Assembly: GCA_032718475.1 (NCBI GenBank)
Contig: JAUCBJ010005191.1
Coordinates: forward strand, 91-64,090
Source of the DNA: Nemertoderma westbladi
Taxonomy: Eukaryota > Animalia > Xenacoelomorpha
Direction: 5' to 3'
Length of the DNA stretch: 64,000 nucleotides
Each line of letters starts with the position of its first letter. Position 1 is the first letter of the stretch. Shown here piece by piece: positions 48,472 through 60,195 of this stretch. Under the pieces are notes generated by a model. It was not told where the DNA came from. It ran no database searches and worked only from the letters and a program-made list of their open reading frames with translations. The translations under genes and the position numbers were made by a program.

Positions 48472-49136
48472 ATTACATCATGTTATAGAAAATCATTTCA
48501 TATATATTATTTTCTCAATAAATATTTTTAGCCAGTTATAAATAATATTTAAAATTAATTACAAACACAAATCATTTATAAATAATTTACTAAACGCGTG
48601 TTAAATTTTTTTAGCCCAGCACAAATAAATCGAAGGAACTACAAACACTAAGTAAAATCACATTTTAAATCCACTGCATTGTTCCAAGTATCTAAAAATA
48701 ATTATTACATAATAAATAATAATTGATACTACACTAAACATTGATACTTTATTCAGTCAATAATATATACGTTACCGGTACTTCATATTATTATCCATTG
48801 ACTATTGTACATATGAGAGCGGATTATAGCGTCTCTATCAATTTAATTTGATAAATATATATTTGTTAGAAAATAGTATATTCAATTACCTTTATAAGGT
48901 AAGTAACCCACAAACGACAAAATAAACTATATAATGTTGAATATACTTCCTCTGTAACATGTTCCTCCTTTACATCAATTAATAATTAACATTAATTAGC
49001 GTTAGTAATGGTTGTCGGTGTAGCTTTTAGAAGTATTGATTATTATTCTGGCGAACAGACAACGGTTAAACTAAACAAGTTATTTAGTTACTTTTGAAAG
49101 ATATTCTTCTAACTAAAATGAATTCCAATCAGGAAA

Positions 49137-50009
49137 CTAAAGTTTTGAACTTTTGCGATCCATCATTCCTTGTATCAGATCGATAGGCAATGGGAATACA
49201 ATAGTAGAGTTCTTCTCCGCCGATATGGTTGTCAGGGTCTGCATGTATCTCAGTTGCAGGGCTATAGGCGATTCAGAAATAACATCGGAAGCCTCTTTGA
49301 GGGCCTTCGAGGCTTTCCACTCACCTTCAGCAGCAATAACTTTAGCCTTAGCTTCACGAGCTGCTTCGGCCTCAGCTGCCATCGCTCGCTGCATTTGAAC
49401 TGGTAAACGAACATCTTTAACCTCAACCCTCTCAACCTTCACTCCCCAAGGATCAGTGGCCGAATCAAGCATGGTCTGCATGCTATGACTGATATGCTCT
49501 CGATCAGACAAAACCTCGAAAAGATTTTTGGTTCCCAGAACGTTTCGCAAGGTCGTGGCTGAGAGTAGACGTGTTGATCTGTCAAAATGCTCCACATTTG
49601 TTATGGAAATAATGGGATTGAAGACCCTGTAGTAGACAACAGCATCAACAGCAACTGTAACAGAATCTTTGGTCAGGATCTCTTGGGGAGGCACGTCAAA
49701 CGAGACGGTTCTTAGATCGACTTTTTGGTAGTTGTCGGTGCACGGTAGAATGCAGAAAAGACCGGGTCCTTTCGCCCCACCTTGGAGGATTCGACCCAGA
49801 CGAAATATAACAGCTCTTTCATATTCCTGTACGATTTTGAAACACATGAAGATGCTGATAGGGAAGGTAAGAACGACAGCGATAAAACTTAGGAAAATCA
49901 ATATGTAGTCGCATATTCCTCTTTTGGGGGCTTGACCTCTGTCATTGTATAATTCGCCTTCACTGCCCACCCGAGCTGAGGTATTATCCATAATAGGTAA
50001 ATCAATCAT
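49137..50009 (-). CDS. Stomatin / band 7 (SPFH) family protein, MEC-2-like; intronless
   Basis: 290-aa ORF with hydrophobic hairpin ..TFPISI, VQEYERAVIFRLGR, KGPGLFCILPCTD, FDVPPQEILTKDSVTVAVDAVVYYR, WGVKVERVEVKDVRLP, QRAMAAEAEAAREA and ALQLRYMQTL. Confidence 0.97.
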   Translation of the reverse strand: MIDLPIMDNTSARVGSEGELYNDRGQAPKRGICDYILIFLSFIAVVLTFPISIFMCFKIVQEYERAVIFRLGRILQGGAKGPGLFCILPCTDNYQKVDLRTVSFDVPPQEILTKDSVTVAVDAVVYYRVFNPIISITNVEHFDRSTRLLSATTLRNVLGTKNLFEVLSDREHISHSMQTMLDSATDPWGVKVERVEVKDVRLPVQMQRAMAAEAEAAREAKAKVIAAEGEWKASKALKEASDVISESPIALQLRYMQTLTTISAEKNSTIVFPLPIDLIQGMMDRKSSKL

Positions 50010-50486
50010 TTAGTTTGATAAGAAGAAATTGGTTACGGCCGAGAAAGAAACAAATGTAATTTATAGTTCAGTTAGGAAACAATTATTGCGATTAGTACTC
50101 CAATCAGTATGCAGTACAATATATCTTGTATGTGCACTGTACATACATATAATGGGCATGTTATTTATAGACGCTATACAAACAAACCGTAGTGGAATTC
50201 ACAAGGCAATATTCTATTAACTGTATAATATAGAGGTTTTGATATGCCAGGCGGTGTGTTGTATGATAAATTACCGAACAACGTCAGCAACAAATAGATA
50301 TAATTGCATGTCGGATCATAAAATATCCCCAGTCCAGAGGACAATGTCTAATAAGCAATGAGATATATCTTGCCTTGAGAATGTATATTATTAGTAATAT
50401 TTGATACGGCTATGTTAGCTATGGGTGAGAGGAGATACAATATCTGACGATATGAGATCGTGTGAGATGAGTGCATATAGTTACAC

Positions 50487-50798
50487 GTTCGTGGGGCCTT
50501 CGCGCAGCACCAAGTGAGCAAAGCCTTTAGCATATGGGTACCATTAACGAGTTGTCTGCCGTTAGTCAGAAGTCTTCAACACAATTCTCGTCCTCCTCGT
50601 CTGCCTCGTTGCGTTCGTTCGATTTTGACGAAACTTCAGATTCATTCTAAACTTTTGACGGGCTACATACATACCAAGTTTCGTTTAATTTCATAAAGGA
50701 ATTAGCGTTCAAAAATTTACGACGACAGACGACGACAGACAACTCGCCAATGGCACCCATATGCTAAGGCTTCGCTCACTTCGTGGCTCGCCCCACAA
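50487..50798 (-). mobile_element. DINE-1/HINE-like non-autonomous (Helentron-associated) element
   Basis: Subterminal inverted repeats AAGTGAGCAAAGCCTTTAGCATATGGGTACCATT..CGAGTTGTCTG and CAGACAACTCG..AATGGCACCCATATGCTAAGGCTTCGCTCACTT, an adjacent GAC/GACA microsatellite and an internal ATACCAAGTTT motif. Family assignment is by architecture only. Confidence 0.55.
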
Positions 50799-51109
50799 CA
50801 GAGAGGTGAATTGTAATTTGTAGTTAGCTAATGTTATCCTTTTAGCACATAGCGGGTTTTATCTGTTGGGGCATTATTGCATCTTACAGACTCACTGAAT
50901 GGTAATACCTCAATTAATTATTAGCTCCATTCGTTCACCTGTTAGATATAGTAGATATTATTATTATATTGATATGATATTGGTGCTGCGTGTGTATAAC
51001 ATGATTAATATCATTCCTGAAGGTGTCGTTATTGTGATAGACGTAACAAGTTGTGTTAGACCTTCGTAACTCACCTTAGGTGCGGCGATATAATAATTAT
51101 GTACGAGAC

Positions 51110-54100
51110 TTTATTGTTACAGTGAACATTGCTTTATTGTAACTCTTATTATTACAGTGAACATTGCTTTATTGTAACTCTTATTATTACAGTGAACATT
51201 GCTTTATTGTAACTCTTATTATTACAGTGAACATTGCTTTATTGTAACTCTTATTATTACAGTGAACATTGCTTTATTGTAACTCTTATTATTACAGTGA
51301 ACATTGCTTTATTGTAACTCTTATTATTACAGTGAACATTGCTTTATTGTAACTCTTATTATTACAGTGAACATTGCTTTATTGTAACTCTTATTATTAC
51401 AGTGAACATTGCTTTATTGTAACTCTTATTATTACAGTGAACATTGCTTTATTGTAACTCTTATTATTACAGTGAACATTGCTTTATTGTAACTCTTATT
51501 ATTACAGTGAACATTGCTTTATTGTAACTCTTATTATTACAGTGAACATTGCTTTATTGTAACTCTTATTATTACAGTGAACATTGCTTTATTGTAACTC
51601 TTATTATTACAGTGAACATTGCTTTATTGTAACTCTTATTATTACAGTGAACATTGCTTTATTGTAACTCTTATTATTAGAGGGAACATTGCTTTATTGT
51701 AACTCTTATTATTACAGTGAACATTGCTTTATTGTAACTCTTATTATTACAGTGAACATTGCTTTATTGTAACTCTTATTATTACAGTGAACATTGCTTT
51801 ATTGTAACTCTTATTATTACAGTGAACATTGCTTTATTGTAACTCTTATTATTACAGTGAACATTGCTTTATTGTAACTCTTATTATTACAGTGAACATT
51901 GCTTTATTGTAACTCTTATTATTACAGTGAACATTGCTTTATTGTAACTCTTATTATTACAGGGAACATTGCTTTATTGTAACTCTTATTATTACAGTGA
52001 ACAGTGCTATATTGTAACTCTTATTATTACAGTGAACATTGCTTTATTGTAACTCTTATTATTACAGTGAACATTGTTTTATTGTAACTCTTATTATTAC
52101 AGTGAACAGTGCTTTATTGTAACTCTTATTATTACAGTGAACATTGCTTTATTGTAACTCTTATTATTACAGTGAACATTGCTTTATTGTAACTCTTATT
52201 ATTACAGTGAACATTGCTTTATTGTAACTCTTATTATTACAGTGAACATTGCTTTATTGTAACTCTTATTATTACAGTGAACAGTGCTTTATTGTAACTC
52301 TTATTATTACAGTGAACAGTGCTTTATTGTAACTCTTATTATTACAGTGAACATTGCTTTATTGTAACTCTTATTATTACAGTGAACATTGCTTTATTGT
52401 AACTCTTATTATTACAGTGAACATTGCTTTATTGTAACTCTTATTATTACAGTGAACATTGCTTTATTGTAACTCTTATTATTACAGTGAACAGTGCTTT
52501 ATTGTAACTCTTATTATTACAGTGAACATTGCTTTATTGTAACTCTTATTATTACAGTGAACATTGCTTTATTGTAACTCTTATTATTACAGTGAACATT
52601 GCTTTATTGTAACTCTTATTATTACAGTGAACAGTGCTTTATTGTAACTCTTATTATTACCGTGAACATTGCTTTATTGTAACTCTTATTATTACAGTGA
52701 ACATTGCTTTATTGTAACTCTTATTATTACAGTGAACAGTGCTTTATTGTAACTCTTATTGTTACAGTGAACAGTGCTTTATTGTAACCCTTATTATTAC
52801 AGTGAACATTGCTTTATTGTAACTCTTATTATTACAGTGAACATTGCTTTATTGTAACTCTTATTATTAGAGGGAACATTGCTTTATTGTAACTCTTATT
52901 ATTACAGTGAACATTGCTTTATTGTAACTCTTATTATTACAGTGAACATTGCTTTATTGTAACTCTTATTATTACAGTGAACATTGCTTTATTGTAACTC
53001 TTATTATTACAGTGAACATTGCTTTATTGTAACTCTTATTATTACAGTGAACATTGCTTTATTGTAACTCTTATTATTACAGTGAACATTGCTTTATTGT
53101 AACTCTTATTATTACAGTGAACATTGCTTTATTGTAACTCTTATTATTACAGTGAACAGTGCTTTATTGTAACTCTTATTATTACAGTGAACATTGCTTT
53201 ATTGTAACTCTTATTATTACAGTGAACATTGCTTTATTGTAACTCTTATTATTACAGTGAACATTGCTTTATTGTAACTCTTATTATTACAGTGAACATT
53301 GCTTTTTTGTAACTCTTATTATTACAGTGAACAGTGCTTTATTGTAACTCTTATTATTACAGTGAACATTGCTTTATTGTAACTCTTATTATTAGAGGGA
53401 ACATTGCTTTATTGTAACTCTTATTATTACAGTGAACATTGCTTTATTGTAACTCTTATTATTAGAGGGAACATTGCTTTATTGTAACTCTTATTATTAC
53501 AGTGAACATTGCTTTATTGTAACTCTTATTATTACAGTGAACATTGCTTTATTGTAACTCTTATTATTAGAGGGAACATTGCTTTATTGTAACTCTTATT
53601 ATTACAGTGAACATTGCTTTATTGTAACTCTTATTATTACAGTGAACATTGCTTCATTGTAACTCTTATTATTACAGTGAACATTGCTTTATTGTAACTC
53701 TTATTATTACAGTGAACATTGCTTTATTGTAACTCTTATTATTACAGTGAACATTGCTTTATTGTAACTCTTATTATTACAGTGAACATTGCTTTATTGT
53801 AACTCTTATTATTACAGTGAACATTGCTTTATTGTAACTCTTATTATTACAGTGAACATTGCTTTATTGTAACTCTTATTATTACAGTGAACATTGCTTT
53901 ATTGTAACTCTTATTATTACAGTGAACATTGCTTTATTGTAACTCTTATTATTACAGTGAACATTGCTTTATTGTAACTCTTATTATTACAGTGAACATT
54001 GCTTTATTGTAACTCTTATTATTACAGTGAACATTGCTTTATTGTAACTCTTATTATTACAGTGAACATTGCTTTATTGTAACTCTTATTATTACAGTGA

Positions 54101-54865
54101 ACATTGCTTTATTGTAACTCTTATTATTACAGTGAACATTGCTTTATTGTAACTCTTATTATTACAGTGAACATTGCTTTATTGTAACTCTTATTATTAC
54201 AGTGAACATTGCTTTATTGTAACTCTTATTATTACAGTGAACATTGCTTTATTGTAACTCTTATTATTACAGTGAACATTGCTTTATTGTAACTCTTATT
54301 ATTACAGTGAACATTGCTTTATTGTAACTCTTATTATTATAGTGAACATTGCTTTATTGTAACTCTTATTATTACAGTGAACATTGCTTTATTGTAACTC
54401 TTATTATTACAGTGAACAGTGCTTTATTGTAACTCTTATTATTACAGTGAACATTGCTTTATTGTAACTCTTATTATTACAGTGAACAGTGCTTTATTGT
54501 AACTCTTATTATTACAGTGAACATTGCTTTATTGTAACTCTTATTATTACAGTGAACATTGCTTTATTGTAACTCTTATTATTACAGTGAACATTGCTTT
54601 ATTGTAACTCTTATTATTACAGTGAACATTGCTTTATTGTAACTCTTATTATTACAGTGAACATTGCTTTATTGTAACTCTTATTATTACAGTGAACATT
54701 GCTTTATTGTAACTCTTATTATTACAGTGAACATTGCTTTATTGTAACTCTTATTATTACAGTGAACATTGCTTTATTGTAACTCTTATTATTACAGTGA
54801 ACATTGCTTTATTGTAACTCTTATTATTAGAGTGAACATTGCTTTATTGTAACTCGTATTATTGT
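51110..54865. repeat. 35-bp AT-rich satellite, about 107 copies
   Basis: Unit AGTGAACATTGCTTTATTGTAACTCTTATTATTAC, period 35. Confidence 0.97.
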
Positions 54866-55588
54866 TCCACCATTGATCTTTAAACTTCACAGAGGATTTA
54901 CAATTCTGCAAAACCCTCCACTGGGACTTTTCCTTAATACAGGACCCCTGATCTAGGGCTTGTAAGGCGACGACAGATGCCGTTCACAACCTCTACTACT
55001 TTTTTAACCTTTTTTAAATTTTATTATAAAGTTTATAGTCGTTTCCCTTAAAATAAAGTGAGGCTGCATGACATGATGCGTTGAAACTTAAGCCAACTAA
55101 TGTAGAGTTTCAAATATTAATATTGTTGTGAAATATTAATTGGAAAAAGTTCCGTAACACACCAAAATAACCTTTAAGGAAAAACATCCGAAATGCTGTT
55201 GTATCTCTCAAACAAACACTCCCTGTACATCCACACCTGCTGCATAAGTAAGTTATGAACCAATGTGAACCACGACATATCCAGTTTATTCTGACGTCAA
55301 TCAATAATAAAACTGGAATCAGTAATAAGTTTCCAATGAATTATTAATATCATACCTCAATGCAAACTCCATAAGCTTAAATCGCATATTAGAATGGAAG
55401 ATTGGTTGCCTGTGGCAACATTATCAGGTTAATAAGAAGCATGGGAGAGTGCCATGGTAATGAAATGCACAACAGTGAATATATTTAAATTGGCAACAAT
55501 AAGTTGGGTTAATTAAATACTGACAGCTTGGGCCTACTGATCAATTGCTTCTTGTGACAAATTTGTGGAATATTATATTTGTTTCATA

Positions 55589-56304
55589 ATGGCCGACAGC
55601 TTGGACCTTGAAAACCGTGATCCAAATGAGATAAACATACACGTTAGAGTGAGTATAAGTAAATAATATTATATACAAACCTGGGCCAACAATAAATTGT
55701 ACATTTGGAGTTTTCATCAGAAATACTAGAAAAGCATTTCTTAGCAATCTTTCTTAGCGAAAGTAGTTGATTTTCTTTAGCTTTGTGGATAATATGACTT
55801 TTTACGATTAACCAAAATTTTGTGTTCACGCCAAAAACTCCTGCTAACGAAAATGCCTGCTAACGTCAGTAGCCACGGAATAAAACGTTAACGATTTAAA
55901 GAATAAACATAATTATTTACACTAAACCTATTATTTCAACCTAAGAGATTACTCTAACTTTATAGGCTCTATTTGAAGACGTACTTGCGGAGCCAGAAGG
56001 GGCCCATTCCATCGACTGTCTATGGAAGCTAACCTACCAGTGTTTCACCGGTACAAAGTCGGTCTGCTATATGATACTGACCACGATATTGGGTCTACCT
56101 CTTGCTTTCGCTTGGGGCTTGTCTTTCGCCTGCATGTCGTTCGAATTGGTCTGGTGTGTGACCCCGCTGCTAAAGATATACTTTGTGGAGTTGGCGGCCT
56201 ACAGAATGCTGTACACCAGCGTGATTCGTTGTGTTTGTGATCCCTGCTTCGAGTCATGTGGTCGTATATGTGGCGACATGAAGGTCACCCAAGTCAAAGG
56301 ATAA
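55589..56304 (+). CDS. Caveolin (132 aa), two coding exons 55589-55648 and 55966-56304
   Basis: Exon 1 MADSLDLENRDPNEINIHVR|gtgagt. Acceptor ctaactttatag|. Exon 2 ALFEDVLAEPEGAHSIDCLWKLTYQCFTGTKSVCYMILTTILGLPLAFAWG...CDPCFESCGRICGDMKV. It has the caveolin signature (FEDVxAEP), the RDP motif, and a phase-0 intron where caveolins usually have one. Confidence 0.95.
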
Positions 56305-57097
56305 CATTATTGCAGGATATATACAGAAGTTGTGCAGTACTGTAGGACGAGACTATAACTAACTAATATAAATTACATCAGTTAATCAGCCTTTTGAAAT
56401 AACTTACCTACATGACACTATAATTTTAAATTTTCCTCCACCCCAACAACCCCTCGTTTACTGTTTTGGTTAGAAAAGCCTTTGTCATTGTGACATGTTC
56501 CTTCCCATTAATTATTATTGTTCAATATATATTTTTTCGTCAACCTGGTCAATCTCAGGTACATTAGCTGTGTATTACCATTAATGTAGGGTTACTACTA
56601 GCCCCACACCTCTGATTCCTATTTTATTTATTTTTCTTAAAATAGTTATTTAAGTTGTTGTCCTCCTTTGAGATAAAGTATATTAAAACCAACTATTTGT
56701 AGAGATTGGATCCACATCAGCAATGCTGTACCCTGTACTGTACAATACAGGCCTACATATATGTTGGGGTTGGCCATAGATCCTTCAATGCCTCAATGGA
56801 CAAAGTTACCATAATATGGTGCAATTCCCAGATAGCACTACTACCTTATGGTAGAATGCCGGGGGGGGGGGGGGGGGGGGCTAACATACTGCTGTATATA
56901 CTATTGTATATATATATATATATTAACTGTGTGTGTTAATTGTTATGTGTATTTAGGGTTTAGGGAGAGATACAGTCTATAATAATATAAAGTTGTAAGC
57001 TTATATTCAAATATTTACTGTTGCAGCATGGAAATAAAACATGTATTTAGCAATCCAGGGTGACAACCATTAAAAAAAAACATTTAATATATTATAA

Positions 57098-57494
57098 TGT
57101 TAAATTTCTGGATTACTTAACGCTAATCCACGGACGTTATTTCTCGCTCGGGTTCGGGTTAGCTAATAATATGTTCGTCAACATGTTAGCCATTATTTCT
57201 ATCTATAATTCTATTACATTTTTTAAATTTCATATTTTTCAAAATTAATATATTAGCTAGTTTTTGTTATTATTATATTGTTGTTCTAGAAAATGTTTGG
57301 TGGTTTATAAAAATGTTCCAGAATTTTTTTCTGTAACCATTTTAAGAGGCTTAGAACATAGTTCTATAAATTTGATAGATAATAGCGAAAATGTTGGTGA
57401 ATCGTGAACAAAACATACAAATATAAAAATAGGCCAATATTTTATATTTGTATTATATATTATACATCTTGTTAAGTAATCCAGAAATTTAACA
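57098..57494. mobile_element. MITE with perfect 24-bp terminal inverted repeats
   Basis: TGTTAAATTTCTGGATTACTTAAC (57098-57121) and GTTAAGTAATCCAGAAATTTAACA (57471-57494). Confidence 0.7.
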
Positions 57495-57504
57495 ATAAAA
57501 CAAC

Positions 57505-57638
57505 ATATTGTGTATAATCTACCTTTTTATCTCACTTCGGTCCCTCGTTTGAATATTTCACTCACTCGCTCCGCTCGTTCGTGTAGATATTAACACTCGG
57601 GACCGGCGTGAAATAAAGTCCTACATTATACACAATAT
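57505..57638. mobile_element. Small palindromic element resembling non-autonomous Crypton-type MITEs
   Basis: Ends ATATTGTGTATAAT/ATTATACACAATAT, inner arms GGTCCC.CG/CTCGGGACC, and central CACTCACTCGCTCCGCTCGTTCGTG. Confidence 0.55.
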
Positions 57639-58007
57639 AATAAATAGTTAAATTATTCTTAGTAATTAAAAAAATATATTACGTAACTTATATAAACTAA
57701 AATAATCATAAAATATACCGGTAACTATTTAACAATTACACCATATTGAATGTTCTTAAACATTAATCGAAATATATTTGGTATTAAAATATTACAGTTG
57801 AAAAATATTACGAGAACAAAAATTATTTATAGAGTTACAAAAAAATAATTAACATCCTAAACCAAATCAATATAATCGCGCTTTTAGGATTGTTTTCCTC
57901 CTTTGGTTATTAAAACATTTTCAAGCGCATTTATCAGCTATCGACACATTCGTATTGGGAACAATGTATTTTATTATCCTCCAATACAAAAGTACCCCGA
58001 TAAGGCA

Positions 58008-58575
58008 TCGCAGTACAACCCAGTACGTCGCAGTACAACCCAGTACGTCGCAGTACAACCCAGTACGTCGCAGTACAACCCAGTACGTCGCGGTTCAACC
58101 CAGTACGTCGCAGTACAACCCAGTACGTCGCAGTACAACCCAGTACGTCGCAGTACAACCCAGTACGTCGCGGTTCAACCCAGTACGTCGCAGTACAACC
58201 CAGTACGTCGCAGTACAACCCAGTACGTCGCAGTACAACCCAGTACGTCGCAGTACAACCCAGTACGTCGCAGTACAACCCAGTACGTCGCAGTACAACC
58301 CCAGTACGTCGCAGTACAACCCAGTACGTCGCAGTAAAACCCAGTACGCCGCAGTACAACCCAGTACGTCGCAGTACAACCCAGTACGTCGTAGTACAAC
58401 CCAATACGTCGCAGTACAACCCAGTAAGTCGCAGTACAACCCAGTACGTCGCAGTAAAACCCAGTACGTCGCAGTACAACCCAATACGTCGCAGTACAAC
58501 CCAGTAAGTCGCAGTACAACCCAGTACGTCGCGGTACAACCCAGTACGTCGCAGTACAACCCAGTACGTCGCAGT
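58008..58575. repeat. 20-bp minisatellite, about 28 copies
   Basis: Unit CAGTACAACCCAGTACGTCG. Confidence 0.95.
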
Positions 58576-58701
58576 CAGCTGGTGATGTATCCTTGACTGC
58601 AATTTTAGCAGCTGATTATCAGCTGGTGATGTATCCTTGACTGCAACTTTAGCAGCTGATAATCAGTTGGTGATGTATCCTTGACTGCAACTTTAGCAGC
58701 T
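58576..58701. repeat. 44-bp tandem repeat, about 3 copies
   Basis: CAGCTGGTGATGTATCCTTGACTGCAACTTTAGCAGCTGATTAT. Confidence 0.85.
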
Positions 58702-58896
58702 TGATATCTACCATATCTACTCAAGATTATCCATATTGAGTTCTATTATTATATTCTCTTCACATGTAGCTGACAGAAGAAATGCAGAATAGTATTGGCT
58801 AGTGATATTTAAAGTAAAATTAAGAAATGTTTCAAATTTACCGGTAGAATAAAACGAAATACATTAAATTTACCTTACTGTGAAAAAAAATCGTAT

Positions 58897-60195
58897 TTAT
58901 GTTGAGTTAAAATGCAGTCGGCTGCGCCCTATAGAACCACTGAGACCCTGGGTTGGTATGGCGATCTGTCTGGCTGGCGGAGTGGCGCCACCCAGCGACG
59001 GACCGCTGCACATAGAACCTGTGGGAGAAGGACAGGGAGGAGTGCGTCCCCTGGGAGCTGGGCAGGTGGGAGTGCGTCCCTTGGGAGCTGGGCAAGGGGG
59101 AGTGCGTCCCTTGGGAGCTGGGCAGGGGGGAGTGCGTCCCTTGGGGGTGAGCCCCGGCAGCCTCCCAACGGGCTCCACTATACGCCCATCCACTATCACT
59201 CGTTTCATACTGACCCGTTGCTGCTGGCTGCCGGGGGGCGTAGCGTTGTACCCTGCGGGCGGTGTGTAGACGTACCCCGGTGTAGAGCGGCCGGATCTCT
59301 GGGAACTACCTAGGTAGGGAGGGGTGCAGCCTGGTCTATCGCCCACCCTGTTGGGTAGGTAAGGGGGCGTGCACCCAGCATTGGCGAGGTTGATTGGTGG
59401 AGTGCAACTCTGTTGGAACGGGGAGTAATCCATAGGGGATACCGGGTATTTAATGGGCACCGAGGAGCCAGACATGGGGCTATATCTGTAAGAAGCACAA
59501 CCGGGTGTGACCACAACACGCTGCGATTGTTGCTGGTAGATATTCGCAGTCCCATTGGCACCCGTAGGTTGACTTTGTTGATTACCTCTCACCGCTATTG
59601 GTTGGCCACGCCCGCCAATAGCAGCAGCCGTATGGACGCCCAACCCACCAATAGCAGGTCGTTGCTGCACCTGAGTCCCACCACCTCGTCTGTATTGAAT
59701 CACTTCGTTTCTAAGATTTAGGTTTTCCCTTTTCAGATCTTCCATTTCGCGTTGAAGCTTTTCCGTCCCGGTTTGACATGTTTGTAGCGTCTCCTTTTCA
59801 CTTTGCAGTTTTTCGATTACCTTTTGCATACTTTTCATTTGCTCCCCATATTTCGATCTGTCTCTTTCGAGAACCTTATTTTTTGTCATTAGGAACGCCA
59901 TCAGACGAGATCTGTGTTGCTTCTGGAATTTAGTGACACGGCTGACTTCGGTCAAACACTTCTGAATATGCGCTTCCGCATCCGCAAAAAACGATTGAAT
60001 TTCAGGCCTGAGTGGGTTGACCAATGGCACGAGGTTACATGGGGAGCAATCACACATGTAACATTTGTCCCGTTTAACCTCAACAGTACAGGTTTCGCAA
60101 TAGAGATGACCACACGCTGATAAGAAGAACTTTTTCTTTTCTGGTCCATTCGGTTGGATGCTACATTTATTGCAATGAACAATATCGATATTCAT
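58897..60195 (-). CDS. RNF212: RNF212/RNF212B-like (Zip3/ZHP-3 family) meiotic RING E3 ligase; intronless
   Basis: 432-aa ORF with an N-terminal RING (VHCNKC...FFLSACGHLYCETC...CYMCDCSPC...EIQSFFAD), KFQKQHRSRL, a coiled coil and a disordered S/T/P-rich tail. RNF212 versus RNF212B cannot be resolved by eye. Confidence 0.85.
   Translation of the reverse strand: MNIDIVHCNKCSIQPNGPEKKKFFLSACGHLYCETCTVEVKRDKCYMCDCSPCNLVPLVNPLRPEIQSFFADAEAHIQKCLTEVSRVTKFQKQHRSRLMAFLMTKNKVLERDRSKYGEQMKSMQKVIEKLQSEKETLQTCQTGTEKLQREMEDLKRENLNLRNEVIQYRRGGGTQVQQRPAIGGLGVHTAAAIGGRGQPIAVRGNQQSQPTGANGTANIYQQQSQRVVVTPGCASYRYSPMSGSSVPIKYPVSPMDYSPFQQSCTPPINLANAGCTPPYLPNRVGDRPGCTPPYLGSSQRSGRSTPGYVYTPPAGYNATPPGSQQQRVSMKRVIVDGRIVEPVGRLPGLTPKGRTPPCPAPKGRTPPCPAPKGRTPTCPAPRGRTPPCPSPTGSMCSGPSLGGATPPARQIAIPTQGLSGSIGRSRLHFNST

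Noticed and set aside
56860-56922. Poly-G run and (TA)n tract
   Set aside because: Simple low-complexity sequence. The homopolymer length is unreliable.
57903-58602. ORFs with VAVQPSTSQYNPVRRSTTQY repeats on both strands
   Set aside because: They are translations of the 20-bp minisatellite.
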